Shown here: positions 41,538 to 51,418 of the stretch, piece after piece
Layout of the letters: every line of letters begins with the position of its first letter
Position numbering within the stretch: the first letter of the stretch is position 1
Assembly (NCBI GenBank): GCA_043798795.1
Contig: JAZDOJ010000007.1
Location: 28,259-92,258 of the forward strand
Length of the DNA stretch: 64,000 nt
Direction of reading: 5' to 3'
DNA from: Candidatus Omnitrophota bacterium
GTDB taxonomy: Bacteria; Omnitrophota; Gorgyraeia; Gygaellales; Profunditerraquicolaceae
Notes under the pieces: model-generated
Told to the model about the DNA's origin: nothing
The model's input: the letters and a program-made list of their open reading frames with translations, nothing else
The model's database searches: none
Translations under genes and position numbers: made by a program

Positions 41538-44075
41538 ATGGATAAGAAGGTATTGTATTTGATCGATGCGACGGCTTTCTGTTACCGGGCCTTTTACGCG
41601 CTCAAGGGCCTTGCGACGTCTTTCGGCCAACCCACAAATGCTGTCTATGGGTTCGTTGTGATGTTGCGCAAGATCTTAAAAGAAAAAAATCCGCAGTATC
41701 TAGCCGTCTGCTTTGACGTCTCCCGGGACACCTTCCGAAAAAAAAAATTCGCCGAGTATAAGATCCACAGGCCCCCTATGCCGGAAGGGCTCACTAGTCA
41801 GATCCCTTTGATTAAACAGGTAATTCAGGCCCAGGGTATCGCCTCTGTCGAAAAGCAGGGTTTTGAGGCGGATGATATCATCGCGACAATCGCCCACAGG
41901 GCTAAAATAGAAAATTTTTCTACGGTGATCGTTAGTTCCGATAAGGATATTTTGCAGTTGGTCAACGAAAACACGGTCGTTTACAGCCCTTCGAAGGATG
42001 AGGACCAGACCTATACCCCGCAAGAGGTGCGAGAGCGTTTCGGCGTAGCCCCAGAAAGAATCCCTGACATCATGGCGTTGATGGGGGATGATGTGGATAA
42101 CATCCCGGGGGTGCGGGGAATCGGAGAAAAGACAGCCGTTCAATTAATTAAGGAATTCGGTTCTTTGAAGAAGTTGGTGGATGGCGCGGATCAAATCAAA
42201 CAGGAGAAGACCCGTAGGGTCATCTTGGATAGCCTGGATAGAATCCGCTTGAACAAAGAATTGGCAATGTTAGACCAAAACGTCGATGTCGCCATCGATT
42301 TAGAATCCCTGAAAATCAAAGATCCCGATCAGAAAGAGCTTTTCCGGTTATTCAAGTATCTCGAATTCAAAAAGTTCTCAGATGATATCAGGCCTAAAGA
42401 AGGCATTTCGGCAGAGGTGCCGTTATCCAGTATCCAGGATGAGGCTTTAGCGGATCTTGTAAAAGATGAGGAAGAGTTGGTTCTCTTTGGAATGTCCCAG
42501 GAGAATCTGGTTGTTAAAAAAGACAACAAGGCCTTTAAAATAAAAAACGCAAGGTCGAACCTTAAAAGTCTATTAGAGAACCCCAAGGTAGGTAAGATTG
42601 GCCATGACCTTAAAGAAATGAAATTGGCCTTGGCCCAGGAGGGAATCGATTTGAAGGGCCTCAAGTTTGATACGATGGTGGCAGCCTATCTCTTGAATCC
42701 TTCCAAAGCCCAGTACTCTCTTGCCGATATCGCCTGGGATTATCTGAATGAATTATCGGCTAAACTTATCGATGGCGCCCAGGCTGTGGTCTTGATTGAC
42801 CGATTGAAGCCTCATTTAGAGAAAGAGCTTAAAGAAAAAGATCTACTTGACCTTTTTGAAAAGTTAGAGATGCCTCTCGTGGAGGTTCTGGCGGCCATGC
42901 AGTTGACCGGGATAAAATTAGACGTGCCGGTCCTGGAACAGCTGTCCAGGGATATAGAAAAAAGATTGATCAAGCTGATCGAAGCCATTTATGAAAAAAG
43001 CGGTTGTTCCTTCAACATAAATTCTCCCAAGCAATTAAGGCAGATTTTGTTTGAGAACTTAAAATTACCGGTGGTCAAGAGAAGCAAGACCGGCCCCTCA
43101 ACAGATGAGGAGGTACTGAAGAGTTTGAGTGATAAGCACGAGCTGCCGAGGCTGTTGCTGGAGTACCGACAACTCACCAAGCTGAAGAACACCTATGTGG
43201 ATACGCTGCCTGCTTTGGTGAATCCCAGGACAGGCAGGCTGCATACCTCTTTCAATCAGACGGCGACCGAAACGGGAAGGCTTAGCTCCAGTAACCCCAA
43301 TCTGCAAAATTTGCCCGTAAAGACGGATATCGCGAAAGTCATAAGAAAAGCTGTCATTTCTTCAGATGAGGACAGTTATCTTCTGTCCTGTGATTATTCT
43401 CAGATAGAATTAAGGGTCCTGGCCCATTTATCCAAAGACGAGAACCTGACCTTGAGTTTTAAAGAAAACAGGGATATCCATAAGGCCACCGCCGCCTTAG
43501 TCTATGGTTTAGAGGAAAAAGATATCACCGGGCCTATGCGCGAAGTCGCCAAAAGGGTCAATTTCGGCATCGTCTACGGTCTTTCGTCTTTCGGGTTAAG
43601 CAGGGATTTAAACATTTCTCTTGAAGAGGCGCAGAGATTCATCGACGCTTATTTTCTAAGGTACCCGGGTGTCCAAGAATACATTCAGCACCAGATACAA
43701 AAAGCGAAAGAAAAAGGTTTTGTGACGACACTCTTAGGCAGGAGAAGGTATATTCCTCAAATCCATGACAAGAATCAGGGCATCCGGCAGTTTGCCCAGC
43801 GTCAGGCCGTCAATACCCCCATTCAGGGCACGGCCTCTGATCTCATCAAACTCGCCATGGTCCAGATACACGACCAGATTCGCCTTAGGCATTTTCGCTC
43901 ATCGATGATCCTGCAGATTCATGACGAGCTCCTGTTCGATGTCAAAAGCGATGAATTTGAAGCCCTGGAGAAACTGGTGAAAGACAGGATGGAAAATGTA
44001 TTACAGCTGGATGTGCCCATCAAAGTGGATATCAAGAAAGGCAAAAATTGGCTGGATATGGAGGAAATCAAATGA
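41538..44075 (+). CDS. polA: DNA polymerase I
   Basis: 5'-3' exonuclease N-terminus (VLYLIDATAFCYRAFYAL), pol A motifs DYSQIELR, RRxAKxxNFGIxYG and HDEL-like motif C; 845 aa. Confidence 0.95.
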   Translation: MDKKVLYLIDATAFCYRAFYALKGLATSFGQPTNAVYGFVVMLRKILKEKNPQYLAVCFDVSRDTFRKKKFAEYKIHRPPMPEGLTSQIPLIKQVIQAQGIASVEKQGFEADDIIATIAHRAKIENFSTVIVSSDKDILQLVNENTVVYSPSKDEDQTYTPQEVRERFGVAPERIPDIMALMGDDVDNIPGVRGIGEKTAVQLIKEFGSLKKLVDGADQIKQEKTRRVILDSLDRIRLNKELAMLDQNVDVAIDLESLKIKDPDQKELFRLFKYLEFKKFSDDIRPKEGISAEVPLSSIQDEALADLVKDEEELVLFGMSQENLVVKKDNKAFKIKNARSNLKSLLENPKVGKIGHDLKEMKLALAQEGIDLKGLKFDTMVAAYLLNPSKAQYSLADIAWDYLNELSAKLIDGAQAVVLIDRLKPHLEKELKEKDLLDLFEKLEMPLVEVLAAMQLTGIKLDVPVLEQLSRDIEKRLIKLIEAIYEKSGCSFNINSPKQLRQILFENLKLPVVKRSKTGPSTDEEVLKSLSDKHELPRLLLEYRQLTKLKNTYVDTLPALVNPRTGRLHTSFNQTATETGRLSSSNPNLQNLPVKTDIAKVIRKAVISSDEDSYLLSCDYSQIELRVLAHLSKDENLTLSFKENRDIHKATAALVYGLEEKDITGPMREVAKRVNFGIVYGLSSFGLSRDLNISLEEAQRFIDAYFLRYPGVQEYIQHQIQKAKEKGFVTTLLGRRRYIPQIHDKNQGIRQFAQRQAVNTPIQGTASDLIKLAMVQIHDQIRLRHFRSSMILQIHDELLFDVKSDEFEALEKLVKDRMENVLQLDVPIKVDIKKGKNWLDMEEIK

Positions 44076-45460
44076 AGATACTTTTCGCATCAAGCGAGGT
44101 GGTTCCTTTTGCCAAGACCGGCGGCCTGGCGGATGTGGCCGGTGCCTTACCTTTAGCCCTGGAAGAATTGGGAGAAGAGGTTATCATAACGCTTCCCCGC
44201 TACAAGGCCATTACGGACACCCGGTTTAAAATCCAGAGGCTGAAAGAAAATGTTTCTTTTTCAGTTATAGGCAGGAATATCAAGGTTTATTTTATCGAAA
44301 ATGATAAATATTTTTCCCGGGACGGTCTGTATCAGGATAAAGGCACTGATTTTGAAGATAATCTGGAGAGATTTTCCTATTACTGCGCGAGGTCCTTGGA
44401 GCTATTAAAAGAAATCAATTTCAAGGCGGATATCATCCATGTGCATGATTGGCAGGCCAGTCTCATCCCGGTCTATTTAAAGACCCGGTATGCCCAGGAT
44501 CCTTTTTTCAAGAAGACCCGGGTCCTGCTTACGGTTCACAACATCGGCTATCAAGGGCTTTTTCCTAAAGAGGAATTTCCTGAACTCGGTTTGAATGAGG
44601 AAGTGTTTAGCATAGAGGGCCTGGAGTATTACGGCAAGATCAATATCCTTAAAGGGGGCCTTGAGTTCTCGGATCTCATCAATACGGTCAGTCCTACGTA
44701 TGCCTCAGAGATCCGGACAAAGGAATTCGGCTTCGGTCTGGAGGGCGTCCTGAATAAACGAAAGGAGCGGCTCTTTGGTATATTGAACGGGCTGGACTAT
44801 AAAATCTGGAACCCTGAGACAGATCCCTCGATCGCCAAGAATTTTTCTCTTAAGGACTTAGCAGGCAAGCAAAAGAATAAAGAAGATCTGCAAAAGATCT
44901 GTCCCTTGCCCGTTTCCTCCGATACGCCGCTGATCGGTATTGTTTCCAGGTTAGCCCAGCAGAAAGGTTTTGATATAATGGCAGAGGGACTCGAGCGCAT
45001 TTGCAAGATGAAACTACAGCTTGTGATTTTGGGAACAGGGGATTTGAAATACCACAAGGTCCTGCAGGATTTGGTTAAGATTTATCCAAAGGTTATTTCT
45101 TTGCACCTGAAGTTTGACGATACTCTCGCGCATAAGATATACGCGGGATCCGATATTTTTCTCATGCCGTCTCGATACGAACCCTGCGGATTGGGCCAGA
45201 TGATCAGTTTCAGGTATGGCACCCTGCCGTTGGTGTTTAAGACGGGAGGCCTGGCGGATACAGTCAACAGGGATAACGGATTCGTCTTTGAGCACTATAC
45301 GAAAGAGGATCTCATTAAGACTATCACCAGGGCGCTTGCTGCATACGGGAACAAAGAAAAATGGACAAGGCTTGTTGCAGGCGCTATGAAGAGCAATTTC
45401 TCTTGGGAAGAGTCTGCCAAAAAGTATCTCGAACTTTATGCCAAGGCAAAATCTATGTAA
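44072..45460 (+). CDS. glgA: Glycogen synthase (ADP-glucose type)
   Basis: MKILFASSEVVPFAKTGGLADV N-terminus with K-T-G-G-L motif; GT5 family; ATGA overlap with polA. Confidence 0.95.
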   Translation: MKILFASSEVVPFAKTGGLADVAGALPLALEELGEEVIITLPRYKAITDTRFKIQRLKENVSFSVIGRNIKVYFIENDKYFSRDGLYQDKGTDFEDNLERFSYYCARSLELLKEINFKADIIHVHDWQASLIPVYLKTRYAQDPFFKKTRVLLTVHNIGYQGLFPKEEFPELGLNEEVFSIEGLEYYGKINILKGGLEFSDLINTVSPTYASEIRTKEFGFGLEGVLNKRKERLFGILNGLDYKIWNPETDPSIAKNFSLKDLAGKQKNKEDLQKICPLPVSSDTPLIGIVSRLAQQKGFDIMAEGLERICKMKLQLVILGTGDLKYHKVLQDLVKIYPKVISLHLKFDDTLAHKIYAGSDIFLMPSRYEPCGLGQMISFRYGTLPLVFKTGGLADTVNRDNGFVFEHYTKEDLIKTITRALAAYGNKEKWTRLVAGAMKSNFSWEESAKKYLELYAKAKSM

Positions 45461-46070
45461 AAAAAGAATCATTCTGGGTGTAACAGGCGTGTTTGGCAGC
45501 GGTAAGACCACCGTCTCTAAGATCTTTAAGTCTTTCGGAGTTGACGTCATCGATGCAGATAGGATTGCCCATCGCTGCCTGAACCAAGATCCTCATGCGC
45601 GCAAGAAGGTTATTCGTACGTTTGGCACAAAGATTCTGGATGCGCATGGTCGAATAAGCCGAAAAAAATTAGCCAAGGTAGTTTTTAGTAACAGAATTTC
45701 ATTACGGAGGCTCAACAGGATTTTGCATCCGGCTATCATCAGAATCATAAAAGGAAAGATGGGACTTTCCCGTTCAAGGGTTGTTGTCTTGGATGCGCCT
45801 CTCTTGCTGGAGGCGGGATTAAAAACTGTGGTAGACAAGCTAGTGGTGGTAACGATTACCCCGCCCAAGCAGCTTGAGAGGATCGCGAAAAGAGATTCCT
45901 TGGAACCTCAAGCCGTAAAGGTGCGGACCAGGAGTCAGATTCCCCAATCCCAAAAGGTGCAGTTGGCGGATTTTATCATAGATAACAGCGGCAGTCTCAA
46001 GAATACAAAAAGACAGGTGAAGGATGTTTGGAGCAAGTTGAACTTATCCCTCACACCCGAAAGGCGGTAG
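45438..46070 (+). CDS. coaE: Dephospho-CoA kinase
   Basis: ILGVTGVFGSGKTTV P-loop; about 200 aa; exact start uncertain (overlaps the glgA end). Confidence 0.85.
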   Translation: MPRQNLCKKRIILGVTGVFGSGKTTVSKIFKSFGVDVIDADRIAHRCLNQDPHARKKVIRTFGTKILDAHGRISRKKLAKVVFSNRISLRRLNRILHPAIIRIIKGKMGLSRSRVVVLDAPLLLEAGLKTVVDKLVVVTITPPKQLERIAKRDSLEPQAVKVRTRSQIPQSQKVQLADFIIDNSGSLKNTKRQVKDVWSKLNLSLTPERR

Positions 46071-46085
46071 ATGGGTGCTTGGGAT

Positions 46086-46119
46086 TAATTTGCTGAATCC
46101 GCTATAGCGGGCAAATTAA
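46086..46119 (+). promoter_or_regulatory. Nested palindrome in the rho leader: outer 9-bp stem TTAATTTGC/GCAAATTAA enclosing the perfect 12-bp palindrome CCGCTATAGCGG; the 3' arm abuts the SD
   Basis: Read directly from the sequence; the AGGAGG SD follows at 46119-46124 and the GTG start at 46130. Confidence 0.55.
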
Positions 46120-46129
46120 GGAGGAAAGA

Positions 46130-47386
46130 GTGGAAAAATTAGATATCGGAAACTTAAAAGACATGAAGATCATCGAGCTGAGTAAATTGGCTAGGGAACT
46201 CAATGTGAACGGCACGAGCGGCCTCAAGAAACAGGACCTCATTTTTAAAGTTCTTCAGGCCCAGGCCGAGAAAGAGGGGCTCATGTTCGGTGAGGGGATT
46301 TTAGAGATATTGCCCGAAGGATTCGGCTTTTTAAGGAGCCCGAACTACAATTACCTGCCCTGTCCGGACGACATTTATATTTCTCCGTCACAGATAAGGA
46401 AATTTGATTTGAGGACGGGAGACACGGTCAGCGGCCAGATCCGGCCGCCTAAGGAGGGGGAGAAATATTTTGCGCTTCTCAAAGTGGAGGCGGTGAACTT
46501 TGAGAATCCGGAAGAGGTCAAGGAAAAAGTCCTGTTCGATAATCTCACCCCTGTTTATCCGCGTGCCCCCTTTAATCTGGAGACAAAGCCGGAAGAGATA
46601 TCCATGCGGGTGATGAGTCTGCTGACACCCATCGGCAAAGGCCAGCGAGGGCTGATTGTTGCTCAACCTTATAGCGGTAAGACCGTTCTTTTGCAGAAGA
46701 TTGCCAATGCCATAACCGCCAATACGCCGGATGTGGTCTTGATTGTGCTTCTGATAGACGAACGGCCGGAGGAAGTGACCGATATGCAAAGAAACGTTAA
46801 GGGAGAAGTTATCTCATCCACCTTTGACGAGCCGCCGGAACGCCATGTGCAAGTTGCTGAGATCGTTCTTGAAAAAGCCAAAAGGCTCGTTGAGCATAAG
46901 AGGGATGTGGTGGTGCTTCTGGACAGTATCACGCGCCTGGCGCGGGCGTATAACTCCGTTATACCGCACAGCGGAAAAGTCCTCTCAGGGGGTATCGACT
47001 CCAATGCCCTTCAAAAACCAAAAAGATTTTTTGGGGCGGCGCGTGCCATTGAAGAGGGAGGAAGCCTGACCATCATTGCTACGGCACTGGTTGAGACCGG
47101 AAGCCGCATGGATGACGTGATCTTCGAGGAATTTAAAGGCACGGGTAATATGGAATTGCAGTTGGACAGGAATTTATTTCAGCGCCGGATTTACCCTGCC
47201 ATGGATATCAAACGTTCCAATACCCGACACGAAGAATTGCTGGTGAAACAGGAGCAATTACAGAAGATCTGGATCTTAAGGAAAGTCCTGAATGAGCTGA
47301 GCAACGTGGAGGCGATGGAGCTTCTCATTGAGAAGCTTTCCAAGACGAAGAATAACGAAGAGTTTTTGAACAGCATGAATCAATAA
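46130..47386 (+). CDS. rho: Transcription termination factor Rho
   Basis: N-terminal RNA-binding OB domain ([14 protein letters not shown]), Walker [17 protein letters not shown]- and R-loops; GTG start. Confidence 0.95.
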   Translation: MEKLDIGNLKDMKIIELSKLARELNVNGTSGLKKQDLIFKVLQAQAEKEGLMFGEGILEILPEGFGFLRSPNYNYLPCPDDIYISPSQIRKFDLRTGDTVSGQIRPPKEGEKYFALLKVEAVNFENPEEVKEKVLFDNLTPVYPRAPFNLETKPEEISMRVMSLLTPIGKGQRGLIVAQPYSGKTVLLQKIANAITANTPDVVLIVLLIDERPEEVTDMQRNVKGEVISSTFDEPPERHVQVAEIVLEKAKRLVEHKRDVVVLLDSITRLARAYNSVIPHSGKVLSGGIDSNALQKPKRFFGAARAIEEGGSLTIIATALVETGSRMDDVIFEEFKGTGNMELQLDRNLFQRRIYPAMDIKRSNTRHEELLVKQEQLQKIWILRKVLNELSNVEAMELLIEKLSKTKNNEEFLNSMNQ

Positions 47387-47400
47387 TGAGTTTACGGTTA

Positions 47401-47461
47401 CCCCCCCAGCTCAGTTAAATTTAAGGGGGGATCCCGCCAGCTATCAGATATCAGGGCGGGA
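47401..47461 (+). other. Two tandem GC-rich hairpins (C7...G6 and TCCCGCC...GGCGGGA) between rho and rpmE, without a U-tract
   Basis: Stems read directly: 47401-47407 pairs with 47425-47430; 47432-47438 pairs with 47455-47461. Confidence 0.5.
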
Positions 47462-47463
47462 AA

Positions 47464-47482
47464 AGTTCAGACTTCAAAGTAG
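47464..47482 (+). repeat. 7-bp periodic AGTTCAN-like repeats (AGTTCAG ACTTCAA AGTAG) upstream of rpmE
   Basis: Read directly; same motif family as the repeats at 53227, 55074 and (inverted) 49241. Confidence 0.5.
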
Positions 47483-47496
47483 AAAGGAAAAAGAAA

Positions 47497-47700
47497 ATGA
47501 AAGATAAGATTCATCCGAATTATAAAGAGTGCACGATTGTCTGCGCCTGCGGAGAGACCATCCATACGCGTTCCACCAAACCCAGTATCCGCGTCGAGAT
47601 ATGTTCTAAGTGCCATCCGTTTTTTACGGGGAAGCAAAAATTCGTGGATTCCGCGGGCCGTGTGGATAAATTCCTGAAAAAGTACGGCAAGAAAAGCTAA
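47497..47700 (+). CDS. rpmE: 50S ribosomal protein L31
   Basis: [28 protein letters not shown] with Cys zinc-ribbon; 67 aa. Confidence 0.95.
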   Translation: MKDKIHPNYKECTIVCACGETIHTRSTKPSIRVEICSKCHPFFTGKQKFVDSAGRVDKFLKKYGKKS

Positions 47701-47706
47701 GATTAT

Positions 47707-48771
47707 ATGTTTGAACAGTTACAAAAGTCAGAACAGCGCTATGGAGAATTAGAGCAGCTTTTGGCCTCATCCGACGTCATCTCTGACAAGGATAGTTACC
47801 ATAAGTTAGCTAAAGAGTTTTCGGATCTTAAAGACACGGTTTCATTCTTCAGGGAATATAAAAGGATCGCCAAGGAGATGGAGGACCTGGCAGCGGTGCT
47901 CAAAGAGAAGCACGATAAGGAGTTCGTTGATTTAGCCAAAGAAGAACTTCAGGATTTAGAAGCCCGTAAAACTCATTTAGAGGAAAGCTTGAAGGTGGCC
48001 TTGGCCGGTGAAGATCGAGATAGCGGAAGGGATGTCATCGTAGAGATAAGGCAGGGTACAGGAGGGGATGAAGCGGGATTGTTTGCGGCGGATCTTTACC
48101 GGATGTACGTTAAATATGCGGCTCATAAAGGCTGGATGGTGGAATCTATGTCTTCTAGTTCTAATGAGGCCGGCGGATTGAAAGAGGTTATTTTTAGCGT
48201 CAAAGGAAAAGAGGCGTACAGAAGGCTTAAATTTGAAAGCGGTGTCCATCGCGTGCAACGTGTGCCCGTGACAGAGGCCTCGGGCCGGATTCATACGTCT
48301 ACGGCAACCGTTGTTGTCCTGATCGAACCGGAAAAAACGGACCTGGTCATCGATGCGAAAGACCTCAAGATTGACACCTATCGGTCCAGCGGCCCCGGTG
48401 GCCAGCATATGCAGAAAACCGACTCGGCCGTCAGGATTACGCATATTCCCTCAGGCGTTGTGGTCGCTTGTCAGGATGAGCGTTCCCAGCTTAAGAATAA
48501 GCTCAAGGCCATGAGGATTCTTGGGGCCAAGCTCCTGGATATGAAAAAAGAGCAGGAATGCAGGAAATTATCTCAGGCGCGCAAGTCCCAGATCGGCACG
48601 GGTGACCGCAGTGAAAAAATCCGCACGTATAATTTTCCAGATCGCAGAGTCACCGACCACCGCATCAATTTTACCCTGCACCGGTTAGAGGCCGTCCTGG
48701 AGGGAGAGCTGGATGAATTATCGGAAGCCCTGATCAGGGCTCAAGAAGAAAAAGCAAAGGAGACAGGATAA
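47707..48771 (+). CDS. prfA: Peptide chain release factor 1
   Basis: GGQ motif (SSGPGGQHMQKT) and PxT-type recognition region. Confidence 0.95.
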   Translation: MFEQLQKSEQRYGELEQLLASSDVISDKDSYHKLAKEFSDLKDTVSFFREYKRIAKEMEDLAAVLKEKHDKEFVDLAKEELQDLEARKTHLEESLKVALAGEDRDSGRDVIVEIRQGTGGDEAGLFAADLYRMYVKYAAHKGWMVESMSSSSNEAGGLKEVIFSVKGKEAYRRLKFESGVHRVQRVPVTEASGRIHTSTATVVVLIEPEKTDLVIDAKDLKIDTYRSSGPGGQHMQKTDSAVRITHIPSGVVVACQDERSQLKNKLKAMRILGAKLLDMKKEQECRKLSQARKSQIGTGDRSEKIRTYNFPDRRVTDHRINFTLHRLEAVLEGELDELSEALIRAQEEKAKETG

Positions 48772-48775
48772 AGGC

Positions 48776-49582
48776 ATGAACGAAGCCGAACTCACTTTTA
48801 CACAGATTTTGGATTATAGTCGGTCGGACCTGTATCAAAACAGGCATTCATTTTTGGAGAAAGGTCAAGCCTCTTTGATAGCTTCCGTATTAAAAAGAAG
48901 AATTCATGGAGAACCGCTGCCGTATATTCTGAAAAAGACAGAATTCATGGGTCTGGAATTTAAAGTGAACAGGTGCGTACTTATCCCCAGGCCGGAGACG
49001 GAAATCTTGGTTGAGACGGCCCTAAAATATGTCACCACGTCACCACGTCACCACGTCACCCGCGTGAACATTTTGGATGTAGGTACAGGTTCGGGATGTA
49101 TTGCCATAAGTCTGGCTAAATTTCTACCAGATACGGATATAACAGCTACGGATATTTCAGAAAGGGCGATAGAAATCGCCAGGCAGAATGCGCTCATCCA
49201 TAATGTAGAAATCAATTTTTTATGCAGTGATTTGTTTGACAACTACGAACTACGAACTATGAACTATGAACTCATCATCTCTAATCCTCCCTACGTTCGC
49301 ACGCAAGATTTGAATTCTCTGCAGCCTGAGATTAGCTACGAGCCTCGGATCGCTTTGGATGGGGGGCAAGACGGAATGGATTTTTACCGCCGCATCATAA
49401 AGGAAGCCCCGAATCATTTAGAGAAAGAAGGCTTTTTACTCCTTGAGATCGGGTACGCTCAATTAGAACCCATAAGAATGCTATTCAAGAAGTCAGGAAG
49501 TTTAAAGATCATGGACGTTGTTAAAGACTATAATAACATCGATAGAATCATAGTAGCCAGAAAAATGAATAGACTGAGGTGA
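48776..49582 (+). CDS. prmC: Release-factor glutamine N5-methyltransferase (HemK/PrmC)
   Basis: SAM motif LDVGTGSGCIAISLA and NPPY catalytic motif; contains two in-frame tandem-repeat tracts. Confidence 0.9.
   Translation: MNEAELTFTQILDYSRSDLYQNRHSFLEKGQASLIASVLKRRIHGEPLPYILKKTEFMGLEFKVNRCVLIPRPETEILVETALKYVTTSPRHHVTRVNILDVGTGSGCIAISLAKFLPDTDITATDISERAIEIARQNALIHNVEINFLCSDLFDNYELRTMNYELIISNPPYVRTQDLNSLQPEISYEPRIALDGGQDGMDFYRRIIKEAPNHLEKEGFLLLEIGYAQLEPIRMLFKKSGSLKIMDVVKDYNNIDRIIVARKMNRLR
49031..49060 (+). repeat. 8-bp tandem repeat (GTCACCAC)x3.75 inside the prmC coding sequence (encodes VTTSPRHHVT)
   Basis: gtcaccacgtcaccacgtcaccacgtcacc read directly. Confidence 0.85.
49241..49275 (-). repeat. 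Five tandem 7-bp units inside prmC whose reverse complement reads AGTTCAT AGTTCAT AGTTCGT AGTTCGT AGTTG
   Basis: aactacgaactacgaactatgaactatgaactcat on the plus strand; same motif as the intergenic AGTTCAN repeats. Confidence 0.8.
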
Positions 49583-49588
49583 TGAAAG

Positions 49589-50851
49589 ATGGATAAGCTG
49601 ATCATAGAAGGGGGAGAGCGATTATCAGGGGAAGTGACGGTGTCAGGGGCCAAGAATGCCGTGCTTCCCATTTTGGCAGCAACTTTATTGACCGAGGATG
49701 CCTGTGTCATCCGGGGCGCACCTTATCTGCGGGATACCCAAACCATGGTCAAGATCTTGCGTTCTTTAGGAAAGGTCGCTGAATTTGACAAGGGCGTCAT
49801 CAGTCTGGTATCGGGTCGAAGCGTCAACTACACGGCGGATTATAAGCTCGTTTCGACCATGCGGGCTTCTTTTTGTGTCCTCGGTCCTCTTTTGGCAAAA
49901 TTTAAAAAGGCCAAAGTCTCTCTGCCGGGCGGTTGCGTTATCGGGGTCAGGCCCGTGGACTTGCATGTGAAAGGATTAAAAGCCCTGGGTGCTGGTATTG
50001 ATATTGATTCAGGTTATATCGTGGCAAAGGCGGACAGGCTTAAAGGCAGCCGTATCTATTTGGGCGGTGTTTGCGGTTCATCGGTCTTGGCAACAGATAA
50101 TGTGATGATGGCAGCGGTTCTTGCCCGAGGCAGGACGATTATCGAATCTGCGGCCTGCGAGCCGGAGGTCGTGGATTTAGCGGAGTTTTTGATCAAGATG
50201 GGAGCTAAAATAAAAGGTCATGGTACTCCGACCATAGAAATCGAGGGGGTCAAGCATCTGCATGGAGCGACCCACACCATCATCCCCGACAGAATAGAGG
50301 CCGGCACCTTGATGGTCGCAGCTTTGATTACGCGGGGAGATATCCTGATCAAAAATGTCTTTTTGCATCATTTGGGTGCGGTGATAGACAAATTAGAGGA
50401 AGCAGGGGCCTCTGTCCATAAGACGGACAGTTCCGTGCGGGTACGCGCCCGAAAAAGACTGAAGCCCGTGAACGTCACGACCCTGCCTTATCCTGGTTTT
50501 CCTACAGATATGCAGGCACAGATCATGGGATTGATGAGCGTGACGCAGGGTATCAGCGTTATCACCGAGAAGATTTATCCCGACAGGTTTATGCATGTGG
50601 CTGAGCTGAATCGTATGGGCGCCCATATTCAGAGAGAGGGGCCGCACGCCATTGTGGAGGGTGTCAAGGGTTTATCCGGCGCGCCGGTGATGGCCTCGGA
50701 TTTACGCGCATCCGCCTGTCTTATTCTGGCAGGCCTGGCGGCCAAGGGAAAGACGACTGTTTCCAGAATCTATCATTTGGAGCGCGGATACGAAAACATC
50801 GATGAGAAATTGCGTCGGTTAGGCGCCAGGGTGTGGAGGGAGAAAGAATAG
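49589..50851 (+). CDS. murA: UDP-N-acetylglucosamine 1-carboxyvinyltransferase
   Basis: MDKLIIEGG N-terminus, active-site Cys region (KVSLPGGCVIGVRPVDLH); 420 aa. Confidence 0.95.
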   Translation: MDKLIIEGGERLSGEVTVSGAKNAVLPILAATLLTEDACVIRGAPYLRDTQTMVKILRSLGKVAEFDKGVISLVSGRSVNYTADYKLVSTMRASFCVLGPLLAKFKKAKVSLPGGCVIGVRPVDLHVKGLKALGAGIDIDSGYIVAKADRLKGSRIYLGGVCGSSVLATDNVMMAAVLARGRTIIESAACEPEVVDLAEFLIKMGAKIKGHGTPTIEIEGVKHLHGATHTIIPDRIEAGTLMVAALITRGDILIKNVFLHHLGAVIDKLEEAGASVHKTDSSVRVRARKRLKPVNVTTLPYPGFPTDMQAQIMGLMSVTQGISVITEKIYPDRFMHVAELNRMGAHIQREGPHAIVEGVKGLSGAPVMASDLRASACLILAGLAAKGKTTVSRIYHLERGYENIDEKLRRLGARVWREKE

Positions 50852-50854
50852 GCC

Positions 50855-51418
50855 ATGATTCTTATGATCGATAACTACGATTCCTTCACCTTTAACCTGG
50901 TTCAGTATCTCAAGATTTTGGGCCAAGAGGTCAAGGTATTCAGAAACGATAAGATAACCCTGGAAGGCATCAGGAAGCTGGACCCTGAGAGAATCGTTAT
51001 TTCTCCCGGCCCCGGTCGTCCGGAAGGCGCAGGAATTTCCTGCGATTGCATAAGAGAATTCGCAGGGAAAATTCCTCTTTTGGGCGTATGTCTGGGCCAC
51101 CAATGTTTAGGGTTCGTTTATGGGGGGCACATTGGGTCTGCCAAAAGACTGATGCACGGAAAGATTTCGCGCATCTATCATAACGGGAAGGATATCTTTA
51201 AAGGCATCTCCAATCCCTTTGAGGCCACGCGTTACCATTCTTTGGTGGTTGAAAGAAAGGGGCTTCCGGATTGCCTGGAGATAACCGCCTGGACGCAAGA
51301 TAAAGAAATCATGGGGCTCAAGCATAAGAAATGCCCTCTCTGGGGCGTGCAATTCCATCCGGAATCCATTTTAACCAAGGCGGGTTTAAATATTTTAGCC
51401 AATTTCTTAAGAGAATGA
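50855..51418 (+). CDS. trpG: Anthranilate/aminodeoxychorismate synthase glutamine amidotransferase component II
   Basis: Class I GATase triad (GVCLGHQ ... H-x-E: WGVQFHPES); 187 aa. Confidence 0.9.
   Translation: MILMIDNYDSFTFNLVQYLKILGQEVKVFRNDKITLEGIRKLDPERIVISPGPGRPEGAGISCDCIREFAGKIPLLGVCLGHQCLGFVYGGHIGSAKRLMHGKISRIYHNGKDIFKGISNPFEATRYHSLVVERKGLPDCLEITAWTQDKEIMGLKHKKCPLWGVQFHPESILTKAGLNILANFLRE

Noticed and set aside
47401-47461. Calling the two hairpins after rho intrinsic terminators
   Set aside because: Neither stem is followed by a U-rich tract on either strand; they are left as structured elements of unknown role
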